In this document: positions 39,321 to 52,385 of the stretch, one piece after another
Layout of the letters: every line of letters starts with the position of its first letter
Numbering within the stretch: the first letter of the stretch is position 1
Assembly (NCBI GenBank): GCA_013265495.1
Contig: MU058337.1
Span: forward strand, 2,448,686-2,512,685
Reading direction: 5' to 3'
Origin: Vicugna vicugna
Lineage: Eukaryota
Length of the DNA stretch: 64,000 bases
The notes under the pieces: generated by a model
Databases searched by the model: none
What the model was told of the DNA's origin: nothing
The model's input: the letters and a program-made list of their open reading frames with translations, nothing else
Translations under genes and position numbers: made by a program

Positions 39321-40303
39321 AAGGAGGCTGTGAACCTCTATTCCAGTGGTGAATAAATGCATCAGAGGGTATAAACAGGCAGGTGGTACGTCACATCTTT
39401 ACCGGAAACAAGCAACACTGTCAAGATACAAAGAGCTGTAAGTTTCCAATTCAGTTGAAATTTACAATCATTTTGTGTCTTTAGGTGACATTGCTTAAAT
39501 TTTCTGAACCCCACCTATATATTTAGAGAACACTGGTCATGCTACTTAGCACACTACCCTTGTTTGTAGACACAGGTGGTGGGCACTTAGGTGCGGTTTA
39601 ATAAATGGTGCAGGTCTTTACCTGGCGGGGGGGGTGCAGAGTGTGATGCTACAGGACTAGCAGAAGAGACAGAGGGAGAGACACAGTGGCAGCCGGGAAG
39701 TGACTGCGGAAAGCCTGGGGAGAAGTTACTGAACCGTTAGTATTGGATGATTGATGGAGACTCATTGGAAGGTTCGAAGCCGGGGCGCTGTCTGATAGGA
39801 ACCAAAAGCAAACACAAAAGATGTGTTAGGATGCCGACCACGAGATACCAAATCTGTTAAGTAGGGTACCTTCATTTACATATTCATAACTTAAATTTCG
39901 TTCAGCATTGACATTCTTCGATGAATTTGAAATCTGGGAAGTGTCTGTCGTGATGCAAACCGAAGGGGTAGGAGATCACGTTGTGAGGATGTCTAATACG
40001 AGCAGAAGTGTGCCTCGCGCAGAATTCAGCGTATCAAGTTCGGTCCTTTTTTTTTGCTTGGTTTTCCCTGTTGCTGAGGGACACGTGTCGAGGGGTGTGC
40101 TTTTCTGTTTCTGTGTTTGTCCACGTTGTTTACTTTGCTGAATACATGACTTCAGTCGTAAAACTTAAGTTATGAGATTCTGTGGCCCCTTTTCTTGGGG
40201 TGGCTGAGGGGTGCATCAGTGAAAGGAAACAGGAGAAGATTGGAGCCGGCAGACTGGAGAGAAAGGCTCCAGCACGTATGTCCTTCCAAAGAGCTCCGAG
40301 CAG

Positions 40304-40700
40304 GGATGGGCATTTGGGCTGCTTCCACCTTCTGGCTCTTTTGAATGCTGTTGCTGTGAGCATGACTGTAAATACCTCTCCAGCCCGTGCTTTCGGTCCT
40401 TTGCGTGCACGCTCAGGAGTGGAGTTGCTGGGTCATTTGGTGACTCTCATCTTAATTTTCTGAGGAACCACACTACTGCTCTCCACAGTGACCATGTCAT
40501 TTTACATTCCCAACAGTAGCGCACAAGTGCGCGATTTCTCCACGTTCTGACCGACGTGTTATTTTCTGGGTTTTCTTTTCTGTTGTTTTTGTTGCTTATT
40601 TTCTTTTTAAAATAATAGCCATCCTCATGGGTGTAAAATGGCATCTCATTGTGGTTTTAATCAGTATTCCTCTCATGATTACTGATGTTGAGTATCTTTT
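40304..40700 (-). mobile_element. L1M fragment (ORF2 3' region)
   Basis: GATGGGCATTTGGGCTGCTTCCACC...GGAGTGGAGTTGCTGGGTCA...TTTACATTCCCAACAG...GGCATCTCATTGTGGTTTTAAT. Confidence 0.88.
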
Positions 40701-41569
40701 TGTAATATTTAAAAGATCATGCATATGTGGGTGGGGACCCCAAAGAACATATTTGCCTAGGGACCCAAAGACCCAAAGGGTGGCTGTGATGGATTCTGAC
40801 CCTTGTTTTGTGTAATCCTGGCTATGTTTCTAAACATTTTTGTGTCTCAGAATTATTTAGATCGGCTGGATTTTCGTTGTTGGTTAAGTGTTCTGGAGTG
40901 CCAACACTGTATAATTCTTGCTTTCTCAAAAAGTAGAGCTACGTTTTCCTATAAATAGGACCTAGTATTGACACATATCTGTGTATACACACACACACTC
41001 CCATTCTGCATCTTATAATATTGTAGTGTCTGTGAGCCTCCTGTAACATTGCAACTTGCTACTGATTTTAAGAAAGTTTTAAAATTAGCCGTATTACCAT
41101 GTCAATATTCTGTATCAAGGAAAATAAAAGTCAGAGAGTTAAACATTTTAGTGGAAGAAGGACACTTCTTTTGTAAATCCATGATTGAAAGGAACAGCAT
41201 TTGGAATATTAAGGTGTCACCACTAAATTACTATTATTTAGCAAATGTGTTATGAGGTGAAGCTTTCTTTCCCATATAAACAAGGTTCTAAAGGTACATA
41301 TCTATTCTAGAAGACTGAAAAAGAGTGTCTCGTTCTGGCATGAAGGGAATGTTTCAAGACAGAGAAGTTTAGAAGTTGAGGCACTTGCCTTAACTGAGTA
41401 GGAGGCACGCGTATATGGATGTTGCTTTTATGATATAATTTTTGGGTCCAATTGTATGTATCCTAAGATAACTGAGGAAATGTAGATAACAGAGAAATAG
41501 CAAAGAAAAATGCTATTTATGCTCACACTTTGTTTTATAGCCTCCTGATCCATATGCTTAGTTTTGAGG

Positions 41570-42120
41570 GTTGGTTTGTTTGTTTGTTTAATACATCGAT
41601 AACTTACGACAGCGCTATGCAGATTAGTGGACTTTTTCCTCTGCATAACCTCCTCCTCCTCTGTGCTGGGAATCCCAGCTGCTCCGGCCTCTGTGCGCTC
41701 CTGTGTCTCATGCAGGAAGCTCCCCCCCCAGCTCAGAATGTGTTTTCCCTCCCTTTAGCCCAGTTCAGATATTGTCTCCAAAAGAAAGCCAAGAACAGAG
41801 GTCACTCATTTGTTTTCTTTCAAGGTTCACAGTCCTGTGCTGTCTGTTGTACAATGGTTAAAAATACTGTTTTCTATATTTGTCCAATCTTTTCAGTTGT
41901 TTCAAGCAGGAAATAATTCTCCTGCCAGCTCCTCCTTTTGGGGCAGCAATGAATATCCATGGATTGCGTTTGATTTAATCTTGGACGTTTATGTGTTTGT
42001 TTATTTATTATTAATTTTTTAACTGGAGAATTTAATAGTTGCTTCTTTAACACATTTTGTTTTCGTAAAGAATATCCATAATTCTTTGCTTCCTTTCCCC
42101 TGGATCTTTCTTTTTTCAAT
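41570..42120 (-). mobile_element. Probable degenerate L1M 5'-region fragment
   Basis: CACAGTCCTGTGCTGTCTGTTGTACAATGGTTAAAAATACTGTTTTCTATATTTGTCCA resembles old L1M 5' sequence. Confidence 0.45.
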
Positions 42121-42304
42121 TTTGTTTTTATTTTATGTTCTTCTTAAAACTGCTTATTACTTGTTCATAAGGCACGCCTACCCTTAAACCTTAACATTGG
42201 ATCCTGCAGTATCTACCTTTTTTCAGACATTTCCTCTTTCTTGAGTTTTCGACATGGTCTTCTCTTCCCTTCTTTTTCTTCTTCTTCTTCTTTTTTTTTT
42301 TTTT

Positions 42305-42379
42305 NNNNNNNNNNNNNNNNNNNNNNNNNNNNNNNNNNNNNNNNNNNNNNNNNNNNNNNNNNNNNNNNNNNNNNNNNNN
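42305..42379. other. Assembly gap (75 N) within a poly-T/(CTT)n tract
   Basis: Run of N seen directly. Confidence 0.99.
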
Positions 42380-45300
42380 ACTTTTCCTTTTTTTTTTTTT
42401 TCGACATTTTTTTTTTTTCCCTTTTTTTTCTTCTTCTTCTTCTTTTTTTTTTTTTTAGTTTTTATTATAGACTATTTTTTTCCTTAGCAATTTTAGAAAG
42501 ATGAATATACAGTATATTCAGAGCCTTTGTTTGCCAACCTAGAACATGGATTTTCCTTGGAACAATTCTGATGATCTGACTCCTTTTTGGAACTCTAGAG
42601 TAAGCCCCCAGTTCAACGAGCTGAGCTTCTCAGTCAGTGTCCAGTGTCCACACCCACCTCCTAGCGCTGCATGAACTGGGAGCTGCTTCTAGTTTCAAGG
42701 TGATCTGATATCTGAAGCAAAGTATGAGTCCTATGTTTACCACTTCAAAGGTTTTTTTCTCTCTCAATCTGCTTATGGGATTTACTGATGGGAATGCCCC
42801 GTCCCAGGGTAAGTGTAACCCCTTAGTCTTTATTCCTCTGTAATGCTCCGAGACTTACAGTTTATTCCTAGGGGAGATGCACGGAAAGACGACTATAATC
42901 TGTGGGAATATGTTAGAATACAGCTGCTCCAATTTCTAGTTTTATAATTGTTGTTTTTTGCACCCTGGAGGATGAAACACAAGTTTTTTGATCTTAGGTT
43001 CACAGGCAGTAAAAGGTTACTGGTGATCTGCAGATTGTCTTGTTTAAATCTCATTTCGTGACCTAGGTAGTCAATGGGAACTCACAGTCAGCATGTTACA
43101 CAGAAACTTTCTGGGCTGGTCAGCATCTCATCATGACGTGTATCAGACACGACACGCTAACTGCAGATTGAAAGGAATCACTGAGTATCTGCAGATCCAG
43201 TATCGAGAACTCAAACTGCAAAATCTTCATCAACTGGTTATTTTTGTTCCCAGTCGCTACCACCACACAGATCAAAAGTCAGAGCTCAGAGTGTTCAGTG
43301 TGAAAATCCCTCCTGCAGTTTCTAGTGAATGCCTGGAAATGAGTTTTCTTTCTCAGCTACTGTGGTATTTTGGCTATTGTATAGTTTTCTGCCTCCACAA
43401 ACGTCTGCCACTCTGTAGACAACCATCATTTAATTTCACTCGAGTTTTGCACCATCACGCTTTCCCTTTGGCTGCACTGAGTGCTCGTTTGGTTATGTGA
43501 CTGTTTTAGAGATGAGCTTCCCTGCATTAGTAAGAATGAATAATTGTGAAAGTTGCTGGTATACCTGTTGCCCATACATAATAAGTGGCAGTCATGTAAA
43601 GGGTAACTATTTTCAAATCCAGAAACCTCCAAATGCTAAATAATAGATTCAGTTCATGGGGAAATAGTATTTGTGCACATAAAGTATGAAGCAAGTAAAC
43701 ACACTTCAAAGAATATCTTTATTCTGTTTATTTACTTATTTATTTATTTATTACTTATTAGTTTTCTTTATTAAATTGTATTTTGAAAGATGCCTCTAAG
43801 GAATCTAAGTAAATGACTTCTAATATCATTCTATCTTAAACTAGAAAAGCAAATGTAAAACATTGGATTTCATTTATCTATATTTCCAAAATTAATGAAG
43901 AGTTAAATTTTATTTTACACCCAATCAAGACATATCAGATTAAACCAGCTCTTTCTTCTTTATGCTAAGAATATCTAGCATCCAGTAAGATGACACATCA
44001 CAGGAACAGGATGTTTGACTTAAAGAATTTTACTATGGAATTTCTTGGTATTCAATTTCCTAGATTAAAAAAGCCTAAAATAATAAGATAATTTCTGCAA
44101 AATGTATAAATACCATTGTGTTCAACTGGCTATGATAAGCAAGGAATGCCATTGTAGCTGTAATAAAATTCTATAATTTTTTTTCTCTGTTTGCGGTGAG
44201 AGATGCCTGACTGTAGGAGGCCACTGTGATTGGGAGGTTCTGCAAAGCCCCCTGTGTGGTGACAGACCCAACCTGTCTCTGAGTGAACCCACAGGGCTGG
44301 GATCAGCCTTATCATTATCCTGGTGGTTTAGGCTGATAGGTCAAACGATTTGCAGCGTTGACCTGTAATTTGAGGTGAAAACACTCCAAAACAAAGAAAG
44401 TCATAATTCCACCTTCCAAGGCCTCTGCCCTTCCACGTGCCAGTGGCTCTGCAGCTGGGCGGGCAAGCGACCGTGATTAGATGGCGGGGCTCACCTGGCT
44501 CCCGGCGAAGGGGGCCGGGATCACGGGCTCAGCTCCTGCAAGGCTGGTTAGTTTCCTATCCCATTTACCAGGAAAAAAGTTAAGCATCTCTCTTTCCAGC
44601 ATAGGCTCAGTAATGTGATCTATGCATCAAGAATGTCATTACATTGGAATCAAACTCAATAAGATCTGTTCTGTTCATGCACAGAATAAATACTCTTTGA
44701 ACCAGTTCTCTCCAGGTACCATAACTGAAGACCATGTGGCTTTAATTAACAGCATAAAACCAGCAAATACCAGGTAGCTGAGGTGACTTCCAGTAGTAAG
44801 TCTTTAGAATGTTTGAACCAGTAGTAACATAAATTTTGTGATATACTCTCACAGTGACTGCAGTAGCCTGAACATTAGATGTGTCTTTATCGAAGAGAGC
44901 TACTGAAGATAAAACGTAATATTTAAAGAAATAAGGTACTGCATCTTATGTTGTTTTGATCATAGCTTTAATATCATTAAATTGTCCTAAGGATAAATAA
45001 ATATGATGAGAGTTCAGGTAGAATACATAGCAGATGAAGTTCTTTTCATTGGGGACCTTTTGGTAACTTGCTGTTAATTAACGTGATGTCACTGAAATTC
45101 TGTACAACAGACGAGTTTATCATTCTTCATTGACATACATTTGGACTGTGGATTGGAGAAAGCAAAGCTTTCTAACCTTCTATTAAGATATTTTAGCCTT
45201 TGAAATTGTTCTACTTTAAATCATTTTTAGAAAGACTATTTATTACTGAAAACGAGGCTGGATAATGGGAAAGTTGGTGACAAGTGAAAAAGCAGACAAT

Positions 45301-45804
45301 TAGCGAGGCTTGGGGCAAAAATGGGTAAGATCTGAATAATGTTCAGTGATGGCGTCCACCTCATTTTCACCTCTTAGAACTTGTCCTTGCTTGTGGACCT
45401 CTACTCAAGATGCATTTCGAGAAGAATGTTTAAGCATAGTGAATATTTTCCACCCCACGTAGAAGGAAGCGTTTGTTACAAAGAACACTCCACGTATTTC
45501 TTCATACTTTTGACCAAAAAGAGTTAAATCGAGTTAAAAAAAAACCAATTTAAAGGCAATGTGCCAACTCAATATGACCACATCTGTTCATTTGTAGTCA
45601 AATCATAGAAATATACTTTTTAGATCAGTTAAAAATCAGACATGCCAATCACATGACACATTCGAGTTTCCTCTACGTACAGTATTTCAAAAAATATGTG
45701 ATTGGGGAAAACAAGCTAACCAAACTTGGCTGTCATTCCCTTCAAGAAGCATTAGCTACTGGATGTACATAGGCACCTAGTACCACCCAAATCACCATAT
45801 GTTT

Positions 45805-45930
45805 TTGCAACTAAGATGCGTGTATCGTGGCGTCAGCTATTCAGCACTGAGACGCAACGTTGGCAAATCGATAGGCCATCAGTTATAAGACGCATCCCAA
45901 CTTTCCAGACTTTATCATATGAAAAAATGG
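45805..45930 (+). mobile_element. TcMar-Tc2 (MER104/Kanga-type) DNA transposon fragment
   Basis: TTATAAGACGCATCCCAACTTTCCAGAC...ATATGAAAAAATG resembles the recalled MER104/Kanga subterminal sequence. Confidence 0.55.
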
Positions 45931-46514
45931 CTATAAAATTAAAGTGTTTATAATACACTCATTGATCTTCATCTGTATGCAGATGACCATGGTACAACCC
46001 GCCAGCCTGTCACATATGTTTTTAAATAGATGTCCCTCTAATCGAGTCCTAGCTCCTTTTTGACTCATTTCCCCGCAATTTATTCTTCTCCCAGGACCCC
46101 TGGTGATCTTTGCAAATTGTAAATTCAATTGTGGTGAAGATAATTCTGTAACTTCTCACTGTTCTCATGATACAATCTTAAAAAGGTGGAATTACAGGGA
46201 TCAGATTGCCTCATACTTCTTGTCTTTCAAGAATTTCTTGAAGCTGAAGTTTCTATACCATTACACAAAATGAACTTTGCAAAAATATATTTGACTTTCA
46301 GTTATCTTTCTTGAATGTGAGTTATTTGAGAAAAGGCTAGAGGGTCGATTGGATTTCCAAAATTGACTATAGTAATAATTTCCAACATAAGGGCCTTTTT
46401 GCATGGTCACCTTGAACCTCTCTGTCAAGAGGGGGTGTGTATTTCTTCTCTTTTTAATCTTGGCTGCACCTGTCACTTCCTTTGCATTTTGCACAATAAT
46501 GTATGGCAGTAGAG

Positions 46515-46901
46515 GATTTTTTATTCCCCTTTATTTATGTATTTATTTTTTTTTAGTGAAATGTAGTTGACTTACAATATTATGTTAGTTTCAGTTGTAC
46601 AAGAGTGACCCAAGGTTTTTATAGATGATACTACATTTGTAGTTATTATAAAATATTGGCTATATTCCCTGTACTGTACAATCTACCCTTGTAGCTTATT
46701 TATTTTATACATGGTAGTTTGTACCTCTTACAAAGGCATGTTACTAAGCCACAAAAAAGAATGAAATTCTGCCATTTTCAGCAATGTGGGTGCACCTGGA
46801 GGGTATTATGTTTAGTGAAATTAGTCAGAGAATGATAAACACTCTATATTATCACTTAAACTGTGGAAGAAAAAAAAATAAAATGAATGACTGTAACGAA
46901 A
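46515..46901 (-). mobile_element. 5'-inverted (twin-primed) L1 insertion
   Basis: T-rich tail plus reverse L1 3'UTR (to ~46730), joined to a sense-strand upstream L1 segment (46731-46901). CAGTAGAG direct repeats at 46507-46514 and 46902-46909. Confidence 0.85.
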
Positions 46902-47227
46902 CAGTAGAGAAGTCATGTCACTTCCAAGGCTGACATTAGGAGGTGTGCAGAGTCCGCTTTCAGGTACCCGGGATGCCCCTTCTTTGGAAGGCAGCCGTGC
47001 TGCTGTGATGTGAGGGAGCCCGGGCGGCCGGCGGAGGGTGGGTCATGCCACCTCACCTGCTGGTGGCCCCAGTGAACCCCGGACACCCCTCCAGCAGCGG
47101 CTGCCAGCCAAGGAGTCAGGCCATTTTAGAACGTCCGGCCATGGCCAGCCACAGGGGAGATCCCGGTGGAAACCACCGCCGAGCCTTGCTGAGCTCCTGT
47201 CTCAGAATCAGGAGCAAATAAAATGGT

Positions 47228-47320
47228 TTTCTTCCAGCTTTATTGGCATCAGGTTGACATACAACACTGTGTAATTTTAAAGTGTACGATGTGTTGATTT
47301 GATACATATTTTGATATAAC
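47228..47320 (-). mobile_element. L1MA-type extreme 3' end
   Basis: CAGCTTTATTG...TTGACATACAACACTGTGTAATTTTAAAGTGTAC...TGATTTGATACA. Confidence 0.75.
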
Positions 47321-48564
47321 TACTGCTGTTTAAGTAAATTTGGGGATAGTTTCTTATGAAGCAATAAAGAAGTGAAAGCTAATTCCTATTTGGGAAATTT
47401 TCGTAACTTGTGAAGAAAAATTAAAAGCTGAAAGTTGGATTTATCACTACAAATTTCTAGGAATAATCAGTAAAATATGATAAAAATACGAAACTACTAG
47501 AAAAAAGATGGTACTTACTTTTTAAAAACTAATCAATCATTACAGCAATATATTTTCCAATAATTTTTCAAGAAGAAATAATTCTTTATGCATTTGACTT
47601 AATCATACACACATACTTATTATTTTATATATATTAAATGTACATATAAAGGTTTTCCCAGTGGTGGCTACTATCAGCCACTTTCTATGGGTGAAAATAA
47701 AGGATTTTGAGATTTGCCTCAACTGTGAAATTTTGGTACAAAGTTGTTTGTTTCAGTTATGAAAACACATAACCAAAACCCTTTTCCAAGAATTATATTT
47801 TGCTGTCCTTAAAATTTAGTACTTCTATACCGGATATGTAGACATAGGGAGGAAGAAAGTCATTTTTGTTTAGTTGATAGTTTTCATCTTTATTTAATTT
47901 GGCAGCAAGCTGAATTGACAATGAATTGAATTATGATTCTGCTGTGTTTCTTTTTCACTGAAAAAAACTTAGGATGTTGATTAAAGCAATATGTTTAGAG
48001 TGGAGAACTGGCAACGCCAGTGTCCTGTGATTGTCATCGGCAGTGTGACAAACATAGTGAGTATCAGCAGTTCTTTGGGGATTGAGATCCTGAAGTGATT
48101 CGTACATACTCTTCACTTACACATTCACAAAGTAATTATAAGAACAACAATGTGACATTTTTTTTCCTTAGACTTGTTAGTTACATCTCAGCGAATGGAC
48201 CATCCGGAGTCAATATAAACCTATCTCTGTGACTAATGGGAAAATGATTGGCGAGCATCCGGAAGCATAACAGAGAGGGTGAGAAGGGGTGAGTTTGGCT
48301 GATATTCCTCTTCCCGTTTCCAGTTTATTTGCTTGTCATTCCTCTCGCCCATGCAGAAGAGAGAAAACTAAGAAAACCAACACTAGTTATTCTTGCAAAG
48401 TTAAATGCCAAGTTCCCAGGTCCTGGAGAGCACAGGATGAGTTGAGGAGATTTAATTGATGATCTGCAGTTTTAACATCCAGCACTTTTTATTTTAACAT
48501 CTGACTTTTGAGCTTAATCTCAACATAAAACGCTACTCTGCTGTGAATCAGCCTGTGCCTGGTA

Positions 48565-48750
48565 TGAGCAGCAAGGGATTGCAGTCAGATGGTCTGGGAT
48601 TTGAGTCAGAGCTCTTCAAATGCCAGTCTTGGGCTTCATAATACCCTCCTCACTTTGTAAATGCAGGTCAGGCTATTGTAAGGATTAAACAGAATTCGTG
48701 TATATATGTGTGCGACTTCTGGCATGTTATCCGACACTTACTAAAGCGTA
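48565..48750 (+). mobile_element. MIR SINE
   Basis: GCAGTCAGATGGTCTGGGATTTGAGTC...TTGTAAGGATTAAA...CTGGCATG...CACTTACTAAA. Confidence 0.6.
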
Positions 48751-49802
48751 GGAATGCAAAACTATTGGTCCATCAACCAGATCTGTTGCGAGGACGGGGC
48801 TAGTGCTCATCCAGAGCTCTGTGAATCTGCGTCCTCTTTGCACGTCTATCTCCTTAGCATCTCTAATCTCCTTCCTTTTACTGGTGTGTCCTGCAGCTCT
48901 GAGCTCAAAAACTGTGATTTAGCAAGAGTAGGAAACAAAACAGTATCCTTTCCCCTAGACAAGTCACCCCTAGGGTTTCTGCTCAAGAGGCTCTGAAGGA
49001 CGTTATCAAGTACAGAGGGAGAGAGAACGGAATCGTGCCGAGTATCTTCTAAATTTGTTTAAATTGTGACAAGGAAGTTTGGCTTTTTTCAGGAAATTTA
49101 GATTAAAGTGTATTACGGAAAGGAAAAATTAACATTAAAATTAAAATCTTTATTTTTATGAATTGTGCTATCTAGTCATAATCTTCATCGAAGGAACCAG
49201 GTCAGCAATATAATAACATATTTTTAAAATATTGATGTTAACTAATATTCCAGATGCTGCTGGGAATGTATTAAAGATGGAATTATATAACACATCAGTG
49301 GTCTTGGAAGGTTAGAACGCCCTTGGAACTTGCTGAGATTAATACTGATTGGTAATTGGAGAGAAATTCCATACAATCAGATTAATAGTTCACATTACAT
49401 CTGTCATATGAGTCTAGCCGTAAGTATTAACGGTTCAGAAATTCATCTGATGTAACTTTCAGGTCATTTATCTCAGGAAAAACCCAGTTATGGAGAATGA
49501 CAGTTTTCCTTACTTAAAAGCAGTTTCAATTGCTACTGTATTAGTTACTATTTTAGGTGTCTAAAATATTACTAGTGGAAATAAATAATAAATGTATTGA
49601 ATTACCAAAACAAACTGGTATTTAACATATTTTAAATTGTTCAATTGCTGGCAATGCTTATAAAGAAAAATAACACAAAGAAGCATTGTTTGTGAGATAC
49701 ATGATTTTGTCTTTTATCTGTGAAATATAAGAAATTTTAGAAATTCTAATATAAGAACACCTAAAATATTATATCACATTTAAAACAAAGAAAGATGGAG
49801 GT

Positions 49803-49890
49803 GGGGAGGGTATAGCTCAGTGGTAGAGCATGTGTTCAGTGTGTGTGTATGTGTGTGCATATATATATATATATATACACACATATATAT
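49803..49890 (+). mobile_element. Camelid SINE 5' head running into a (TG)n(TA)n(CA)n microsatellite
   Basis: GGGGAGGGTATAGCTCAGTGGTAGAGCATGTG followed by a compound microsatellite. B box and tail are absent. Confidence 0.8.
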
Positions 49891-51362
49891 GGAAAAAGTC
49901 TACCAGATAGTTTAGTTTCTAATATTGATGTCATGGTAAATTTTGAAAGAGTGCACAGTATTCTCATATATCTACCAGTCACAAATATTAAGTAATTAGC
50001 ATAAATCCCTGTATCATCTTTTCAGTCATCATTTTACTCCTATAGATCTACACATTTACCTTCAGCCACTCTCCGTCATTGACTTCCATTTATGTGTTTA
50101 CAGCTTCTGTTGTAAATTATCATTTGCTTTTATCTTTCCCTGAGATAACATGTATCACATTTTAAAATGAAGCCATTCACTTTGGGATGTGTTGATCAAT
50201 TATTTTCTTTGTGTGCCTTATTCACTAATCTGATAAATACTTGCAGTTGTGGATCAGCATAGGTGATTCTCCTCCCAGGGGAGAGGAGCCTGGCTTCCTA
50301 AAGGTGGTGCCCTGACATTCTTCTCATAAGATGGGCGGTCGCTTGCCAGGCAGACGCGCAGGACGTTATTTATTCTAAGCGGAAGGGGTGGTGTGCACAG
50401 AGGCAGGGGACATGAAACATCACAGTACTTTCACAGGCTGACAAATGGCATCTTTTGTCCAGGATACGATCCATCCACCAAGACTGATTAGGACTGTGTG
50501 CCTTCTCCTGCTTTGTATCCTGTGGGGAGTTTGATCACGGCTTCCCTAATTTTGTTTTCACCTTCGATATTCAGACCGGAGGGAGATCAGCCTTCCTGTC
50601 TACGCTGCTTGTAAAGACTCTTGATTTTTTGGTTGCCCTATCAGTGTGTATGGTTGACTCACGATTAAAATAATGAGCCCATTTTAGGATGTGACAATTC
50701 ATTAAATATCGTCTTCTGCATTTTTTTCCTATATCATGTTTCTGTGTGGTTTCATTATGTAGGATAGCATGTCCGAACAGAATGACTATCGTCAGCTCCA
50801 ATCCTAATTCAATCTAATTTTCTGACTCCCGCCGGAAGTTTTACAAATGAATAGTTGCTCAGCATGTAAGTGGAGATGAAAGAACTAGTTTCACATTTTC
50901 TTCCTTGAAGTACTTTACCTGAGAACAATCTCCCAACAGAAAGAAACAGAATGAAACTATCTTAGGCGTTCACCACTCGCTTGAACTTAACAATCTAGTG
51001 AAGGAAACCCATTAGGGGAGAGACCATGAGTAGAAAATGATGAATTATTGCATGTTTTCAATCATAATAAGTCACATGTGATATGGAAACTTACATATTT
51101 TCCTGAATAAACCCAGGATAAAAAATAAAGGTGAAACTTCAGCTTTCACCATGAATACCACTGGTATGCGTCCAATAAAGGATTGATAAATTAAAAAACA
51201 AAACACAAGTGTTACAACCAGAACATCTTTTGTCAAAAAGTGAGTGGGAGAGTGTGAATGAGCACGTGGCCTGAGACAGGAGAAGGCTGAGGCACAGAGT
51301 GGATGAAGAGCTGATTTTGCTCCAAGTAAATGTTGCTTCCTGGGTGTGAGTACACAAAACAA

Positions 51363-51365
51363 ACA

Positions 51366-51398
<33 letters not shown>
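51363..51398. repeat. (CA)n microsatellite, one interruption
   Basis: Seen directly. Confidence 0.95.
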
Positions 51399-51399
<1 letters not shown>

Positions 51400-52385
51400 A
51401 ACCAAAAAGACCAATACAAAACCAAGCAGCATAGCCATTTCCCAAAGATGGTAGTATCAAAATAGAAAATAAAATGAGTGAATCACGTGAAAAGAATCAG
51501 TGTGAGGAGGTAATGCATCCCAGCCAGGAAGGAATCCCCAGCCCCTGGTGGTCGGTTCTGGTCCCTGATGCTGGGACCACTGAGTCACTGGTGTCTACCG
51601 ATCTGTGTATTGATGTGTAAGGGGCATTAAATCATTCTTAGGCTGAGAATTTATATGTTGCATCAATTTTTGTTGCCTCAATCCTCCCTCCTTTACATCT
51701 TGAATCACAAAAGATAGTTTTTGCTTTAGTGTTCCCACTACTTTTGGTGTATTTTCTACAGCAAACTTCAGGCATCTTAATGAAGGAAAAACAAAAATAT
51801 CCACAATGTGTCAACGTTCAGTTTATAGAGTGTGTGGAAGTAAATTTCATGCATATATCAAAAGACATATTATAGGAAACGTGGATTCTTCAGGTCATTT
51901 AGCCTCTCTTACTGCTCAGCAGGCTTCTGGGCTGACAGAGAATTCTCAGAAGAATTGGTGGCTTATGCTGGTATTAAATCAAATCTTTCAGGGACACCTT
52001 TTATTATTCTCCCTGATGTAAAGTGTTACTACCATCCTGAATCATTCGAACATTTATTCTCCCTTTTCCTTGCTTTCTATTTTGTTATGATGCTGGTGAG
52101 CATTTAAAGGTCCAGCCTATCTCATATACACTGAGATGCTGTTGAGCTTCCAGACGGAGATACATTTTGGTTCCAATCAGTGTGGAGTCCACCCAGGATC
52201 ACACGCTCAGCCATCCATGATGGTTGTGTACAAAATTGAGACACGTTTTAATATTGCAACAATGTATTATAGAAGTTAAAAGAATTTGTATCTAGATAGA
52301 CAAACTTAAGTAACCAAGAGTCAGGGTTGGCTTTCTCAATCCATCTCTTTATTACGTGGTTGATTGGGGCAAACAAAAATCTTTA

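Larger units (their letters stand above)
46400..47380 (+). mobile_element. MLT1-type LTR interrupted by two L1 insertions
   Basis: TCAAGAGG...CTTGGCTG...AATAATGTATGGCAG | CACTTCCAAGGCT...AGAATCAGGAGCAAATAAAATGG | GCTGTTTAAG...TTTGGGGATAGTTTCTTATGAAGCAATA. Confidence 0.7.

Noticed and set aside
43093..43500. 135-aa ATG-initiated ORF in non-repeat DNA
   Set aside because: No recognisable domain, promoter or retrocopy hallmarks (poly-A, TSD), and the composition looks like random sequence.
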